From Octopus bimaculoides (Eukaryota), in the NCBI RefSeq assembly GCF_001194135.2, contig NC_068982.1, forward strand, positions 35,598,506 to 35,662,505: a stretch of DNA of 64,000 bases, read 5' to 3'. The translations under genes and the position numbers were made by a program. This document shows, in pieces, positions 1 to 12,342 of this stretch; position 1 is the stretch's first letter, and each line of letters opens with the position of its first letter. The notes under the pieces are model-generated. The model had not been told where the DNA came from. It ran no database searches and was given only the letters and a program-made list of their open reading frames with translations.

Positions 1-409
1 TCCTTGAGGCATTACTTGAAGAAAATCCTGCATTATCAGTTGAAGAATTGGCAATAAAGCTTAGTTCAAACCATACAACTGTTCATCGTCATCTTTAACA
101 ACTTGGAAAGGTTCCTAAATTTGGAAAATGGATGCCTCGTGAATTGTCCAAACTGACATTTCAGAGTTCTTTGCTTTGAAACCAAAAGAGTTTTACATTG
201 ATGGGATTAAAAAGCTTGTAAATAGATGGAAGGAAGTCATAGATAATCAGGGAAAGTACANNNNNNNNNNAAAGCTTGTAAATAGATGGAAGGAAGTCAT
301 AGATAATCAGGGAAAGTACATTGATGATTAAATTTCAATTAAATATAACATTTGATCACTTGTTTTCTTTATTCAATATTCGGAACAGAACTTATGACAT
401 GACCTGATA
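1..409 (+). mobile_element. internally deleted mariner transposon (3' part)
   Basis: LEENPALSVEELAIKL...HRHL*QLGKVPKFGKWMPREL (WVPHEL motif) fused to the C-terminus FYIDGIKKLVNRWKEVIDNQGKYIDD*. Ends in a TIR-like sequence plus TA. Confidence 0.88.
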
Positions 410-581
410 TTTCCCCATGGCCAAACATTTTTTTTTTTCTCAGAATATTGAAAATGAATAGCAATCATTTACAATAATTACATGATGTCAAGACGACTTA
501 AACATACATACGCTCACACACACACTCACACATACACACACATGTACATGCACACATATAATGCGTGTGTACATTTGTATA

Positions 582-906
582 TGAAGGTGCACAGCTCAGT
601 GGTTAAAGCATTAGGCTTACAATCATGAGGTTGTGAGTTAGATTCCCAGAGCAGGCTGTGTGTGTGTTCTTGAGCAAGACCCTTTATTTCATGTTGCTCC
701 AGTTCACTCAGCAGTAGAAATGAGTCACAATGTCATTGGTGCCAAACTATATCAGCCCTTGCCTTTCCTTTGGATAACATGAGTGGCATGGAGAGAGGAG
801 GCTGGTATGCATAGGCAACTGCTGGTCTTCCATAAACAATCTTGCCCAGACTTGTACCTCAGAGGGGTCTTTTTAGGTGCAACCTCATGGTCATTCATGA
901 CCGAAG

Positions 907-910
<4 letters not shown>
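582..910 (+). mobile_element. tRNA-derived SINE family D (related 63645-63870, 48480-48700(-), 50750-51020(-))
   Basis: gctcagtggttaaagc...gagttagattccc...ttcttgagcaagaccctttatttcatgttgctcc. Confidence 0.75.
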
Positions 911-943
<33 letters not shown>

Positions 944-1721
944 NNNNNNNNNNNNNNNNNNNNNNNNNNNNNNNNNNNNNNNNNNNNNNNNNNNNNNNNN
1001 NNNNNNNNNNNNNNNNNNNNNNNNNNNNNNNNNNNNNNNNNNNNNNNNNNNNNNNNNNNNNNNNNNNNNNNNNNNNCATACATACACACAGTGGACTTCT
1101 TTCAGTTTTAATGTACCAGATCTTCCCTCAAGGTTTTGGTTGGTCAAAAGCTGTAGGCAAATACACTTGCTCAAGGTGCTACATAGTGGGGCTGAACTCA
1201 AAATCATGCAAGATTCTAAATCATACAGTTATATCTGCATGTGTTGAAGTAAATGAATTTCATTGTTTTTTTAACTTGACCATTCAGTTGTTTAATTAAT
1301 TAAACAACCTACTTTGATCAACAGACAGGTTTTTTTTACAAACAGAAAAATATTTGTGAAGAGTTTTGGAAAGTAGAAATTTGCATAATTAAAAATAAAA
1401 AAAAAAAGCAGTAGGAAATAAATAACTCGAGTGAGCCAGTGGTATGTCGTTAGATAAATATGAGATGATGTATTGAATGAAATGCAGATAATTCTCGATT
1501 AATTGTAATTTTCTCCTTTGTTGAAGAAAGAAATCTAAAACTTAGCAGTAATTGTTAGTGATGCTAAAGAAAAATGGAAATAATTTCAAGTCTTTGAGAA
1601 TTAATCACACAAAATTTCTGTGTGCCTAGGTGGAAATCTGATCTTTATTTACAGGTGATGTGGTGGTGGTGGGGTGGGGGGAGTCAGTTGTAAACATATT
1701 ACAAATCTTACTGATGCTCAC

Positions 1722-1945
1722 AAGGCAGTGAGCTGGCAGAATTGTTAGCACAACAGGTGAAATGCTTAGCTGCATTTTGTTTGTCTTTGCATTCTGAGTT
1801 CAAATTCCACCAAGGTTGACTTTGCCTTTTATCCTTTCAGAGTCAATAAAATAAGTTCCAGTTGAGCACTGGGGCACTGGGGTCAATCCAATCAACCTAT
1901 CCTTCCCCCCAAAATTGCTGACTTTGTGCTAAAACGTGAAAGCAA
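1722..1945 (+). mobile_element. tRNA-derived SINE family A (about 220 bp, the most abundant repeat here)
   Basis: aaggcagtgagctggcagaattgttagc...ttctgagttcaaattcc...gactttgcctttt...gtaccagttgagcactgggg. About 20 or more copies, e.g. 8600-8780(-), 10245-10445(-), 14925-15137(-), 27620-27840, 39500-39665(-), 40520-40735(-), 55120-55335(-), 56400-56610, 62400-62590(-). Confidence 0.85.
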
Positions 1946-2433
1946 TCTTGCTGGACCTCATCCGAAAAGCATAGTTTACTCAAAGCTGCTTTGATCAACA
2001 AAAGAACATTAAAATTTAGTAGGAGTTGTTTGTAATTCTAGAGGAAGTGGGAGATAAATTCATGCACTGTGCAAGCAGTTCCACTTCTGCCTCAACATCG
2101 TAGTCAAATCTACATCACCAAATTTCACCTGTACCATCTTCAAAATGGGGGATAATGTGTTTTGACACAAGCTGTTTAATTAACTGAACAACTTACTCAT
2201 TGACTTAACATGTAAGTGGCTGAGTATTCCACTGGTATGTGCACCCTTAATGTGATTCTCAGGCAGGACCAAGCATGTGGAAAAGCTCTATCATTAAATT
2301 ATAAGTTCAAAAACTCCTCTAGTTTCCATTTTCCCAGTTTCATTCCTGAGTCAACCTAAGAATGCAAAGCATACTCCTTAACCATTCAAAGTCATTCAGC
2401 ATCCACTTATTTACTGCCCATACATATATATTA

Positions 2434-2850
2434 TTACTTACTTAGCCCTTCACTTCCTCCCTCTGAAGTAAAGGCCATCACCAATTTTTCTCCCCGACAC
2501 TGAGCTGTCTTTTCTGCTTCTCTCCAGTTGAACCCCTGCTTTTTCCGCTCAGCCTCAGTCTGTATCTTGCCTATGTTTCTGTGTTTTCCTGGGGTGTGGC
2601 TTCCTTTTCTCTGGTCCTGTTGGTTTTGAATTGTCATTGATGCTTCTGTAACTTTGTTTTTCTAGATGGAGTTGTTGGCCCTACACAAACCCATTTTTCC
2701 CCAGGGTGAGATTGTCTAATATTAGTTTGGCCTCTAGCTTTTGATTTGTCCAGCATAGGACACTCTACCATAAGATTGCATTTCACTGGCATAGTTTTTA
2801 TTGTCATTGAGGTACACAAGCCACCAGACTACAACAAGGCCTGCATATTG
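2434..2850. mobile_element. RTE-clade LINE remnants (3' coding end on minus strand at about 2434-2640, 5'-UTR-like piece after it)
   Basis: Minus strand ...EAERKKQGFNWREAEKTAQ..., typical of the RTE C-terminus. The identity of 2645-2850 is less certain. Confidence 0.6.
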
Positions 2851-5285
2851 TATATTATGCAAGTTCAAAGGAAGACAACTCTGATTACAATACACACACA
2901 TTGCATTGTGCCTTCAAGCAAGACAACTTTTTTGATGACCTCGGTCTGCCACTCCTCTTCATAGTTCAGTTGTCAAGAAGGTCATTCAACATTCAAATGT
3001 TTAACTTCAACAATTTGAACATGTAAAAATAAAAAGGAGAAATGATATCACAGTTATGCAAGCGTGGGAAAAAGAATTTATAATTGTAATAAAAATGTAC
3101 AGACAAATTTATTCAAAAAGTTACATGGTACATCGAGGTATTAATAAATACACAAACAATATAAATTATTGAAATTCATTTCAAAAGAGGAATGACATGC
3201 ATTACATAAACTTTATAATTTAATTCATGAAACCACATTTTGTCGATCTTGATCCAAGTACTACTGCCTTTCCTTAAAAATGATACATTTCATATGTTTT
3301 TGTGATTGCTTGCATTAATTAGTTCTGCAAGTTTCTACTTGACCAAATCTAAGTGCACAGACGTGATGGTTTTACTTGTAAGTTTACTTTTTTTTTTGTG
3401 TTAAACTTATTTTACCAATTTCAACACTTCATAAACACTATGCAATTCATAGCTTTGTGAATTTCTTGGTGAAAAATTGCTGCGAAGAAATATTTGTTTC
3501 AACAACATATTTGCTTCAAACAACATTTATTCAGTGTATATTACCAAGAGGTAGGTGATACCATGGAAACCTGGAGATATTCAACTGGCTATACAAGTTT
3601 AACACCATCACCTGATACGCATCCCTTCTGTTGTAGGATGTGTTTGAGTCAGGGCTCATCTCTGAAAATAACTTTCTCTTATTCAGCCTTGGAAGCCTTG
3701 ACAAAACTCAAAAACCATATGTACTGCTATTCTTCTAGTTCATGTTACAGTTAGAGGGAGAGAGGGCTGCACAAGTTCTCAATTGGTACTCATCAGATTG
3801 GAGCAACAATGCTTTGCTCAAAGACACAATGCACTAGTCTTGAAATTAAACCCACAATTTTACAATCATGAACCCAACATCCTAACCTGTAAGGTACATA
3901 CTTGCTAAGTACCACTACCAATATCCCTCATTATCTAAGTATCATTGCTGATATCCACAATTAACCTTCATTACTGATATCTACTGTTAATTAAGTTTCA
4001 TTATAGGTATTGCTGACACACATTAGATTCTACACAATATTAATGAGAGCGTTTTTATGGCTATTATTTTCTCAGATATTACTGAGGATTTTCCCCTTAC
4101 ATTGTTAGGTGGGACTGTGCTTGTTCAAGTCATTGTTAGGTTGTTTTTTTTTTACTGCTGAATGCCTTTCCTGTTAAGAACTACTCAACTGTTTAGTGGT
4201 AAAGCCTATTGTGGCAGAGGTGATGGCAGAACAGTTCTTTTTTTTCGTTTTTCTATGTATGCAGGTAAAGAGTTGTTTCATGCCGAGTCAGCCTTGTTCA
4301 AATAGACCTATTATCAAAGAAAGTCTAGACCTGCCTAATCTAGATTTTCAGGCATAAATTACTTCAAACTACATTATCCAAAGAGCACTTTTCTCTTTTT
4401 TTCAAGACAAGAAAGAAGACTACTATGTGAGTGATTTGAGAAAGATTTAGTCATTATTTCATGTAGGTTGAGTGACCACATTGAGGCCCTCTCCTCACTG
4501 GCTAGCATGCTCAAAAGAAACAATACAACAGCTGAAGTAGCAAGGTTTGAACTCCTGACCATGTGGTCAGTAGTCCAATACTTTAGCTCTACAACTATAA
4601 TAATTACAACAGTGATTCCTAATGGTTTAAGTAGATTATATGAATTAACCACTTGAGGATTGATACAGAAAAATACATATTGCAGACAAAAAGTTTGTAA
4701 CCAAATTGATTATTTCAGAGCTTTTCTTTCTATTTTTTTAGTTGTTGTTGGGGTTCTCTCTATGATTTTTGTTGTTTTTTTTTTCAAGGTGGTGGTTATA
4801 AAAAAAACAACATTTGCATCACTTATTTTAAACTTTTGGCTTGGAACCAAAAGTGAAATGTCAGATAAAGTTCTTATGAGGAAAAACTGTATGAATAATC
4901 CTAGACATGATGTTACAGGTTTGGCAGAAGTCAGAAAATATAATTGTCTGAAACAGACATTGAGATTACTTCTATAACAATGTTGTTGTTTGTGTTGTCG
5001 CTGTTGCTACAGTTATTGCTTTTACATTTTTTTAAAAACTTTTATTTCATCAATTAATAAAGATTCTTAAATAGAACATAAGATAGAGGCAAGCAAAGGT
5101 GTATTCCACTAGCTTAATATTCATGAAACACTGGCTAACTAAAACATTTCCCTTCTTTTTAAGCATTAAACTAATACAGCATGTATTAAAATCTGTCTCT
5201 CCAGTGTTGTCTTCTTTTTGTACTCATTGCCTTAATATACAGCATTAATGAAATTGGTCAGCAGACTATTACATATAAGACACTA

Positions 5286-5342
5286 ATCAATCAGTTCTAA
5301 TGCAATCAATCAGTTTTGATGTGATCAATCAGTTTTAATGTG
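5286..5342. repeat. 3 x 19-bp minisatellite atcaatcagttttaatgtg
   Basis: Three imperfect tandem units. Confidence 0.85.
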
Positions 5343-5385
5343 AAGCAGAAACTTCTGGGACTAGCTCATGTAAAGTTTCAAATGC

Positions 5386-5426
5386 TTTTGGCTGATGAGA
5401 TACATCAAAACACTTGTGTCTCAGAA
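5386..5426 (+). ncRNA. type I hammerhead motif with G12A substitution
   Basis: UUUUGG-CUGAUGA-GA uaca UC-[A]AA-ACAC uu GUGU-C-UCAGAA. Stem I is 6 bp with two wobbles; GUC site. Confidence 0.62.
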
Positions 5427-6674
5427 TCTTTTGTGCCAATGAGCCAAGTATGTTATAAAAACAGTCATCATGAAAGAGAGAAGTTCTCCTGTAACATACA
5501 CAACAGCAACTAGCATATTTGCATTTGAATCTCCCTGAAAATATTAATAATAAATATGCAAACCATCATTTCAGATCTCGGTGTATACAGTGCAAATAAC
5601 AATTGTTTAATTAATGCTTGAGATAGTAAAAAAAAAAAAACAACTCTTACTGCCCTATGTTCCTGTATAACTGAGGATGCCAGTGGATTTCTTTTGTTTG
5701 CAATACATTCTAGATAGGATCTCACTGCACCTATTTTGACCCTCTCTCCATTACTCTTTTGTGCAACTCACTGGTACAGGATCCATTTCCTTTTTATTTA
5801 CTGTGTCACCACCCTCATCACTCAACCCCCTCCAGCCCATCTTATTACCTGTATATAGCTACATCAGACCACTCATTTACAGCTCACTCTACCTTCACCC
5901 TGTCCTCCTGTACTGCCTGGCACCATCTCATATCACTCTCTCTACCAACATACTTGTATTTCTTTTCTTTTTACACAGCCTGGATCTCTGTCATCACTCT
6001 GTCTCCTGGGTCACATAGACTTCTGTCACCTCCCTGCCATCTCAGTCATGTTGCCTTGTATATATGTACCTCTCTCAAAATACTGAATACTCTCATCGGT
6101 TCATTCCTTATCCCATATCTCTCTCATCACTATCATTTACGCTTCTGTCACTCAAGTTGTTTATGCTGTAAAGAGGCAAGCAAGACAGCAGAGATGTGAG
6201 GTTCTTTTAGTCATGACAAAAACATGGTTAGCTCTCTAGTGTTGGTGCCACAAAGAAAACACCTAGCATCCTCTGTTAAGTGTTAAGTTGTGAAGGGGGG
6301 CACTTTAGTTTTGTTAAAGATATGACACCTCTCTAGTATTAGTGGGATGGAAAAGCACCCAGTACACTCTTCAAAGTGGGTAGTTTAGGAAAGGCATTCA
6401 ACTGCAGACACCAAACCAAAATATAATACAAACAAAATGCGATACTCTCAATCACTCTAGGTAAACAGACCCTTCCAGTCAATACCAGCATGAACAACAA
6501 ACATAAATGATGAGTAGGAGGATGATGACAACAATGATGACAATGAGGGTGAAAGGATCATTGAAAAGAGAGGAGAGTACTTGGGACCATACCTGCAAAA
6601 TGTGGTTTCAGAAGCTAAGAAATAATGTTTATATAATATGTGACTTTTCTCCTCACATTTGAGATATATTTTAA

Positions 6675-6893
6675 CCCTTTAGCATTCAGATTTCTCTGTA
6701 AAATGTAATGCTTATCTATTCATATTGTTTTGAATTACTCAGACATTATCTTGTAGCTTCAAATTTCGATGATTTGGTTGGTTATTTTTAAAATAACGCT
6801 GTAAAGTAGGTGTGAGAGACCTGATCTGGTCAATTTAAACATAAAGCATGTAGAATAATTGGGCCAGATATGAACAGCTTAAATACTAATGGG
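6675..6893. mobile_element. piggyBac-type MITE family 1 (other copies 9131-9342, 23317-23529, 59917-60136, partial 40747-40930)
   Basis: TTAA|CCCTTTAGCATT...AATACTAATGGG|TTAA: TTAA duplications, CCC termini and a shared 220-bp body. Confidence 0.85.
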
Positions 6894-8212
6894 TTAAACC
6901 ATTTATTATCAACCTTCTGTGTATTTATTTATTTATTTATTAACATTGCCATGAAACTTCAGGAATAAATTTCTTTCTGTATTTTTTAATTACAATTTCA
7001 TGTACATATTTTTTTTCTATGCGTGACTGTGATTTCTTTTTCCTTTTCAAACTTGTTCAAATTGTTGAAGTAAAATATTTTCAATAGTGGACGGTCTTTG
7101 AAATTCTTCTGAACTACTCAACTATGAAGAAGGGTGGTAGACTGAGGCAAAAACAAAGTTGTGTTCCTTGTTTGAAGGCACAGTAAAATCACTATGTATT
7201 TCGTTAGAAATCTGATCAGCTCCAAAGGGTAAAAAATGTAAAGAGTTGTTACATATTGCTGAATATAGACTCATCAAAAGCAACATCATAGGATTTTGCT
7301 ATTTTGCTTGTGAGTGGGAGGTGGGGTGTGGTGTTATTATTCTATTTGACTTCAATACTCAAATAAATATCGATTGATTGATTTGATTATAGAGTTTGTA
7401 TTGTTCTGAAAATTCTAATAGTTTCTATGAATTAACTTAATTAATTTACTTAATAAATTTAAGCTTTTCTTGCAGTCATGACTGTGTGATTAAAAAGTTC
7501 AATTCCTGACTACTTTCTTCCAAGTTTTAGCCCATTGCATAGCTCCTTCACCAAAGGTCACTTGTGCCTGACTGTAGTCTCCAGTTGACCAATGCTTTAT
7601 GAATAGAATTTAATACACAGAACCTATGCAGAAGCTTATAGTGTGTGTATGTGTGTGCATAAAAAGGGCTGAGATGACTAATATTTTACCACATGTTCAT
7701 GTTGACACACATACATGCATGCATGTATATATATATGTACATACATATATATATTATTTAAAACAGTTTGATTTGGTTCCATGTGACTTACAGTTTCACG
7801 GGCTTCTGTTAGAGGCCTGTGAAATTAAGCCACATGGAACTGAATCATTCATAAAACAATAGGTTTATATATAAACCAAGGTTTATAATCATTCAAAGAA
7901 AGTAAGAAAATGGAGATATAACATTTAATAAAAATTTGTTATCTGCAAAAATCAAGCATAGTCCCTTACAGCTGTTTCAATTAAACCTAATAGATTAAAT
8001 TAAAATCATTATTATATGTCAATTATCAAAATCATTAGGGGGAGAATCAGAGGGGGAGAAAATATATAACAAATACATAAACTCTACTTCATCTATTGAG
8101 TACTTTTTTCTCTAGTCTGTACACCTAAACACACACACACTCAAACATATACGTATAAAAGTTTAAAATTTTAGCTCAAGGCAACCAGTTTTATGATGGG
8201 GGAAGGGTTGTT

Positions 8213-8598
8213 GTTGTTAGCACTCCATTGCTTATGATGTCGATGGTTCCAGTTGATCCGATCAACGGAACAGCCTGCTCATGAAATTAACATGCAAGTG
8301 GCTGAGCACTCCACAGACACGTGTACCCTTAACGTAGTTCTAGGGGATATTCAGTGTGACACAGTGTGTGACAAGGCTGGCTCTTTGAATTTCAGGCACA
8401 ACAGAAACAGGAAGTAAGAGTGAGAGAAAATTGTGATGAAAGAGTACAGCAGGGTTCGCCACCATACCCTGCCGGGGCCTCGTGGAGCTTTAGGTGTTTT
8501 CGCTCAATAAACACTCACAACGCCCGGACTGGGAATGGAAACCGCGATCCTATGAGCGCAAGTCCGCTGCCCTAACCACTGGGCCATTGTGCCTCCAC
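8213..8598 (-). mobile_element. full-length tRNA-derived SINE (family C; related copy 58490-58795 +)
   Basis: Head ggcacaatggcccagtggttagggcagcggac...ggtttccattcc, body gtgtctgtggagtgctcagccacttgc, (AAC)n tail. Confidence 0.85.
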
Positions 8599-9047
8599 GG
8601 GGGCAGGGTAAGTCATTACAGTGATTCCACTGCTCAGCTGGTACTTCATTTTATCAATCCCAGAAGGATGAAAGGCAAAGTTGACCTTGGTGAATTTTGA
8701 ACTTAGAACATAAAGAGCTGAAAGAAATGTTACAATGAAGTTTGTCCAACTTGTTAACAATTCTGCTGGCTCACCACCTTTCATTTATATATAGTAATAT
8801 ATAATGATGATATACATGTATGTGTATACCTTTACTATCTCATTTCAATCTTAAATATTTATGTTTCTGTTTTGTTCTTAACTCTTTCGTCTCACCTTTG
8901 CTCTAATTATTCACTCATCCATGAACTAGAATCAAACAGGTAATGTGTGCATGTTTATGATTATTTGCCAACTAAACTGTACAACTTTTTTATTCATCAT
9001 TCATTGAGAAATGCAGGCAAATTCTTGACATTTGTCCTCCTCATACT

Positions 9048-9086
<39 letters not shown>

Positions 9087-9424
9087 CATTGATCATTATT
9101 TTGTAGTCATTGCAAGTTTCTCTTCTTTCACCCTTTAGCATTCAGATTACTCTGTCAAATGTATTGCCTGTTTATTCTCATTGTTTTGAATTAATCATGC
9201 ATTATCTCATTGCTTCGAGATATTATTGTTATTTTTTCAGAATGACATTGTAGGATAGGTGTGAGAGGCCTGATCTGGCCTGTTTGAACAGAAATCAGGC
9301 AGAATATTTTGGCTGGATATGACTGGTTTAAATACTAAAGGGTTAAACCAATATTTCTTTGTTGAATCATAAAAGGAATAATGATTTCTAACACAGGTTC
9401 AAATTTGGATGAGAGTATACTTGA

Positions 9425-10140
9425 TTATGTACAATCTCCACAGTAAGTCAACTGCAGAACCCTCATTCCTCATCGTGTGTAATACATTCTGCAATGTGGA
9501 ATGCTAGACCAATCCAAATGCCTTGTTATAATCAAATACTGCCTTGTATAGTGGAACGGTATATTCCCTGGTTTCCTCCATGAGGATTCTAATTTCTTGG
9601 TACCCATCCTTTCACAAAACACCATTTGCACTTCTAGAAGTTGTTCTTCAATGATTCATTCCATCCTCTTCAACAGAATGCTCAGCATGATCTTACTGGT
9701 GTGGCTGATGAGGTCTATGTTATGGTACCCCAAACAATATGAGAGACTGCACTTTCAGCAAAAGCTTCAAGTTAACACTTCTTAAAAACCTTGGTCTGAT
9801 CACTAGCATTATATACATCTGGAGCATGGGCCCCAAAGGTAGCAGACACCAAGCAACTGAAGGCATTTGCAGTGACATGCTTCAGGCAAGTGCTGTGGAT
9901 GAGGTGGGCAGAAAGTTGGTGATGATGATCAGACAGTGATAACTGCATTATTTTGGCCATATGATCAGAGGCTCACTCTGTGACCACATCTTTGAAGGCT
10001 GGATGGCTGGAAAACATTTTTGTGAGCAACAAATATGTAAATGCAGCAATGATATCAAAGACTAGACCAAGAGAACCTGCAGCATGTGATCACAGGTGAG
10101 GCAGCTGTGTTTGCGGTCCCTGTTCTTCAATCATGAGGAT
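9425..10140 (-). mobile_element. RTE LINE reverse transcriptase fragment, decayed
   Basis: Frameshifted RT motifs resembling ISHTSKIMLSILLKRM...IEEQL...F.KG.GT...MEETREYTVPLY...DYNKAF. Confidence 0.8.
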
Positions 10141-11383
10141 GCATATTCATCATCATCATGCAGAAATACATGAAAATAAAGTATCAGTCAAATACTGGAA
10201 TTTATGTTAATGACTAATTTGAGGCTTTATATCTATATTAATTTCAAGTTTTGGCTTAAGGCCAGCAATTTCGGAGGAGGGCATAAGTTGATTACGTCAA
10301 CCCTAGTGCTCAACTACTACTTGTTGGTACTTATTTTATCAACTCCAAAAGGATGAAAGGTAAAGTTGAACTCAGAACATACAGATAGACGAAATGCCAC
10401 TAAGCATTTTGCCTGGCATGCTAATGATTCTGCCTTGCTTGCCTTTAAGCAAAGAAAATTGGCATAAACTGAAAAGAATGCATGGACTAAGTTATTTTAT
10501 AGCATTTACTTTTGTTTCTATAAATCTTCCATCAAATCTTGCTTTGGCCCATTGTACTTTTTAAACTTCTTGTATTTAAAATATAAACTAGTTGCTGTTT
10601 AGTCTCAATGTACCCTGATTGAAATGATTTATGATTAAAGACATTCACGCTATTACTATCATGTTCTTATTTTCAAGAATAGTGTATCTTGGACAACATC
10701 ATATATAACATAGCACATTAGCTGAGTCATTATCACATCAAATCCACTGCCTTGCAGTAATAATTTCAGTTCTCTGAGCTCTGGGTTCAAATTCCACCAA
10801 GATCGACCTTGCTTTTCATCAACCCCAGTACTTACTCTTTTGGTCAATACTTATTTCATAGACTGCAGAGAGATGAAAGATGTGAACCTAAGCAGGACTT
10901 GAACCCAGTGTGTAAAGAGACACAAAGTACTTTTGTTTAATGTTCCACAAATTCTACCATCCACTCAACAATGTCTACAGAGTCAGTGCGCCTAAAGCTT
11001 TGCTACAATACATTTTACTTGTCAGTAATATAACTGAAATTCTGCTCTTTCTCTCATACATTGCTTTCAACTTCTATAAATCAACACTATAACCATTTTC
11101 ATTATTTTGTTTTTCTTGTTTGATAGCCATATACCAATGTCAATAATTCTTAACAGAAGTCTTTGCCATATTTGCATTCAAATTTTTTGTTTTTCTTGCA
11201 GACTATTCCCCCTATATTTCATTCTTTTATGAGATTCTTCTAAAATATGGGAAATGTTCTTTTAATTCTCTTGTACACACACACATTCACACACTAATAT
11301 TTTTTCAGGAACACTGTTGTATGAAAACATTTGTTATCTGTAAACATAATTTTGCATCTTTATTTTCCTATAGATATATAGCT

Positions 11384-11950
11384 GTGTGTGGTTTGGTCAA
11401 AAATTATTAGGACTGTTGCTACGATAATGGAGCTCAAGTATACACAGTGAAGCTGCATGGCACATATTGACCTTGCACTCTATCGCACATGCACATTAAG
11501 TTATAATGTTCTCCCTCACTTCCATTGTTTGTAGCAGTGCTTGGAAGTAAAGTGTGTTGAGTGTGGTCATCTAGAAAAGAAGATTGGGTTTCAGTTGTAC
11601 GGGATCTCCTTGATTGTGTCAAGGAAGACAAAAACATTTTGAAAACAGCCATAACAGGTGACAAATCATGGGTCTATGGCTATGACCCCAAAGTGAAGGC
11701 TCAGTCTTTGCAGTGGAAGACTCCAACGGGATTTCAAGATGTTGAAGAAATCCAAGAGAATGCAATGAGGCAGCTGCTTGCTGTCCCACGAAAGGAGTTC
11801 CAGGAATGCTTCCGTCAATGGAAAAGACACTGGATAAAATGTGTGGCTTCAGAAGAAGACTAATGCAAAAGAAATTAAATGCTGAATTAATATGTGTTGT
11901 AGTTTTCTTTTTATAGCACCAGTCTCAATACTTTTTGATCAGAACTCATA
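11384..11950 (+). mobile_element. internally deleted mariner transposon
   Basis: ORF 11561-11863 has ITGDKSWVYGYDP (first catalytic D) and FQECFRQWKRHWIKCV. TIRs ggtcaaaaattattaggactg / cagtctcaatactttttgatc. Confidence 0.9.
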
Positions 11951-11959
11951 TAATGGAAA

Positions 11960-12176
11960 TATTTACCCCCATCTTAAAAAACCAAACTTGTTTTACTCAA
12001 CGTAGAAAAATAGTAGTTTTGGCTGCTATTTCTAATTTTCGGTGTGTGGTGAAGCAATGCCTGCTGAACCCTAAATTTTAATTATGTTTATATGAATTTA
12101 CCGATAATTGTTTTAACACACCGAACTACTTGGTAAAATTACTAATAATTAATTAATTATTGATTTTTACCCTATG

Positions 12177-12185
<9 letters not shown>
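11960..12185. mobile_element. unclassified interspersed repeat shared with 60590-60803 (opposite orientation)
   Basis: Shared blocks ccaagtagttc.gt.tg, ttatcggtaa and ttagaaatagcag.caaa.actact. Confidence 0.55.
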
Positions 12186-12211
<26 letters not shown>

Positions 12212-12269
12212 CATTTTCTACCTTTGTTTTCTTTCTTTCCAACTCATTTTCTGTTTCTATATTTTTCAG

Positions 12270-12342
12270 GGTGCTTTGCAAGATGTTAAAATTGTAACAA
12301 AGTCACATGGATATCTCATACAGTGTCCACATCAAGACACAA
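12270..12342 (+). CDS. NELL: NELL-like gene, in-window exon 1 (end of TSPN/LamG domain), phase 0-1
   Basis: tttttcag|GGT...ACA A|gtaaga. Translates GALQDVKIVTKSHGYLIQCPHQDT, matching the NELL G-x-x-Q-D/N-V...G-Y-I-x-Q-C-P segment. Joins in frame to the 21310 exon. Confidence 0.88.

Noticed and set aside
211-320. 50-bp direct repeat inside the mariner fragment
   Set aside because: The identical copies flank a 10-N gap; this is an unmerged contig overlap.
4407-4426. 20-nt candidate micro-exon with good AG and GTGAGT
   Set aside because: The peptide (KKEDYY) does not fit the NELL sequence expected before GALQD; no other support.
4831-4870. FWLG peptide resembling the missing LamG exon
   Set aside because: No suitable donor, and the surrounding residues do not match NELL.
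11373-11420. VWFGQK peptide after an AG, resembling the LamG WLGQR motif
   Set aside because: It is the left TIR of the mariner element and hits a stop.
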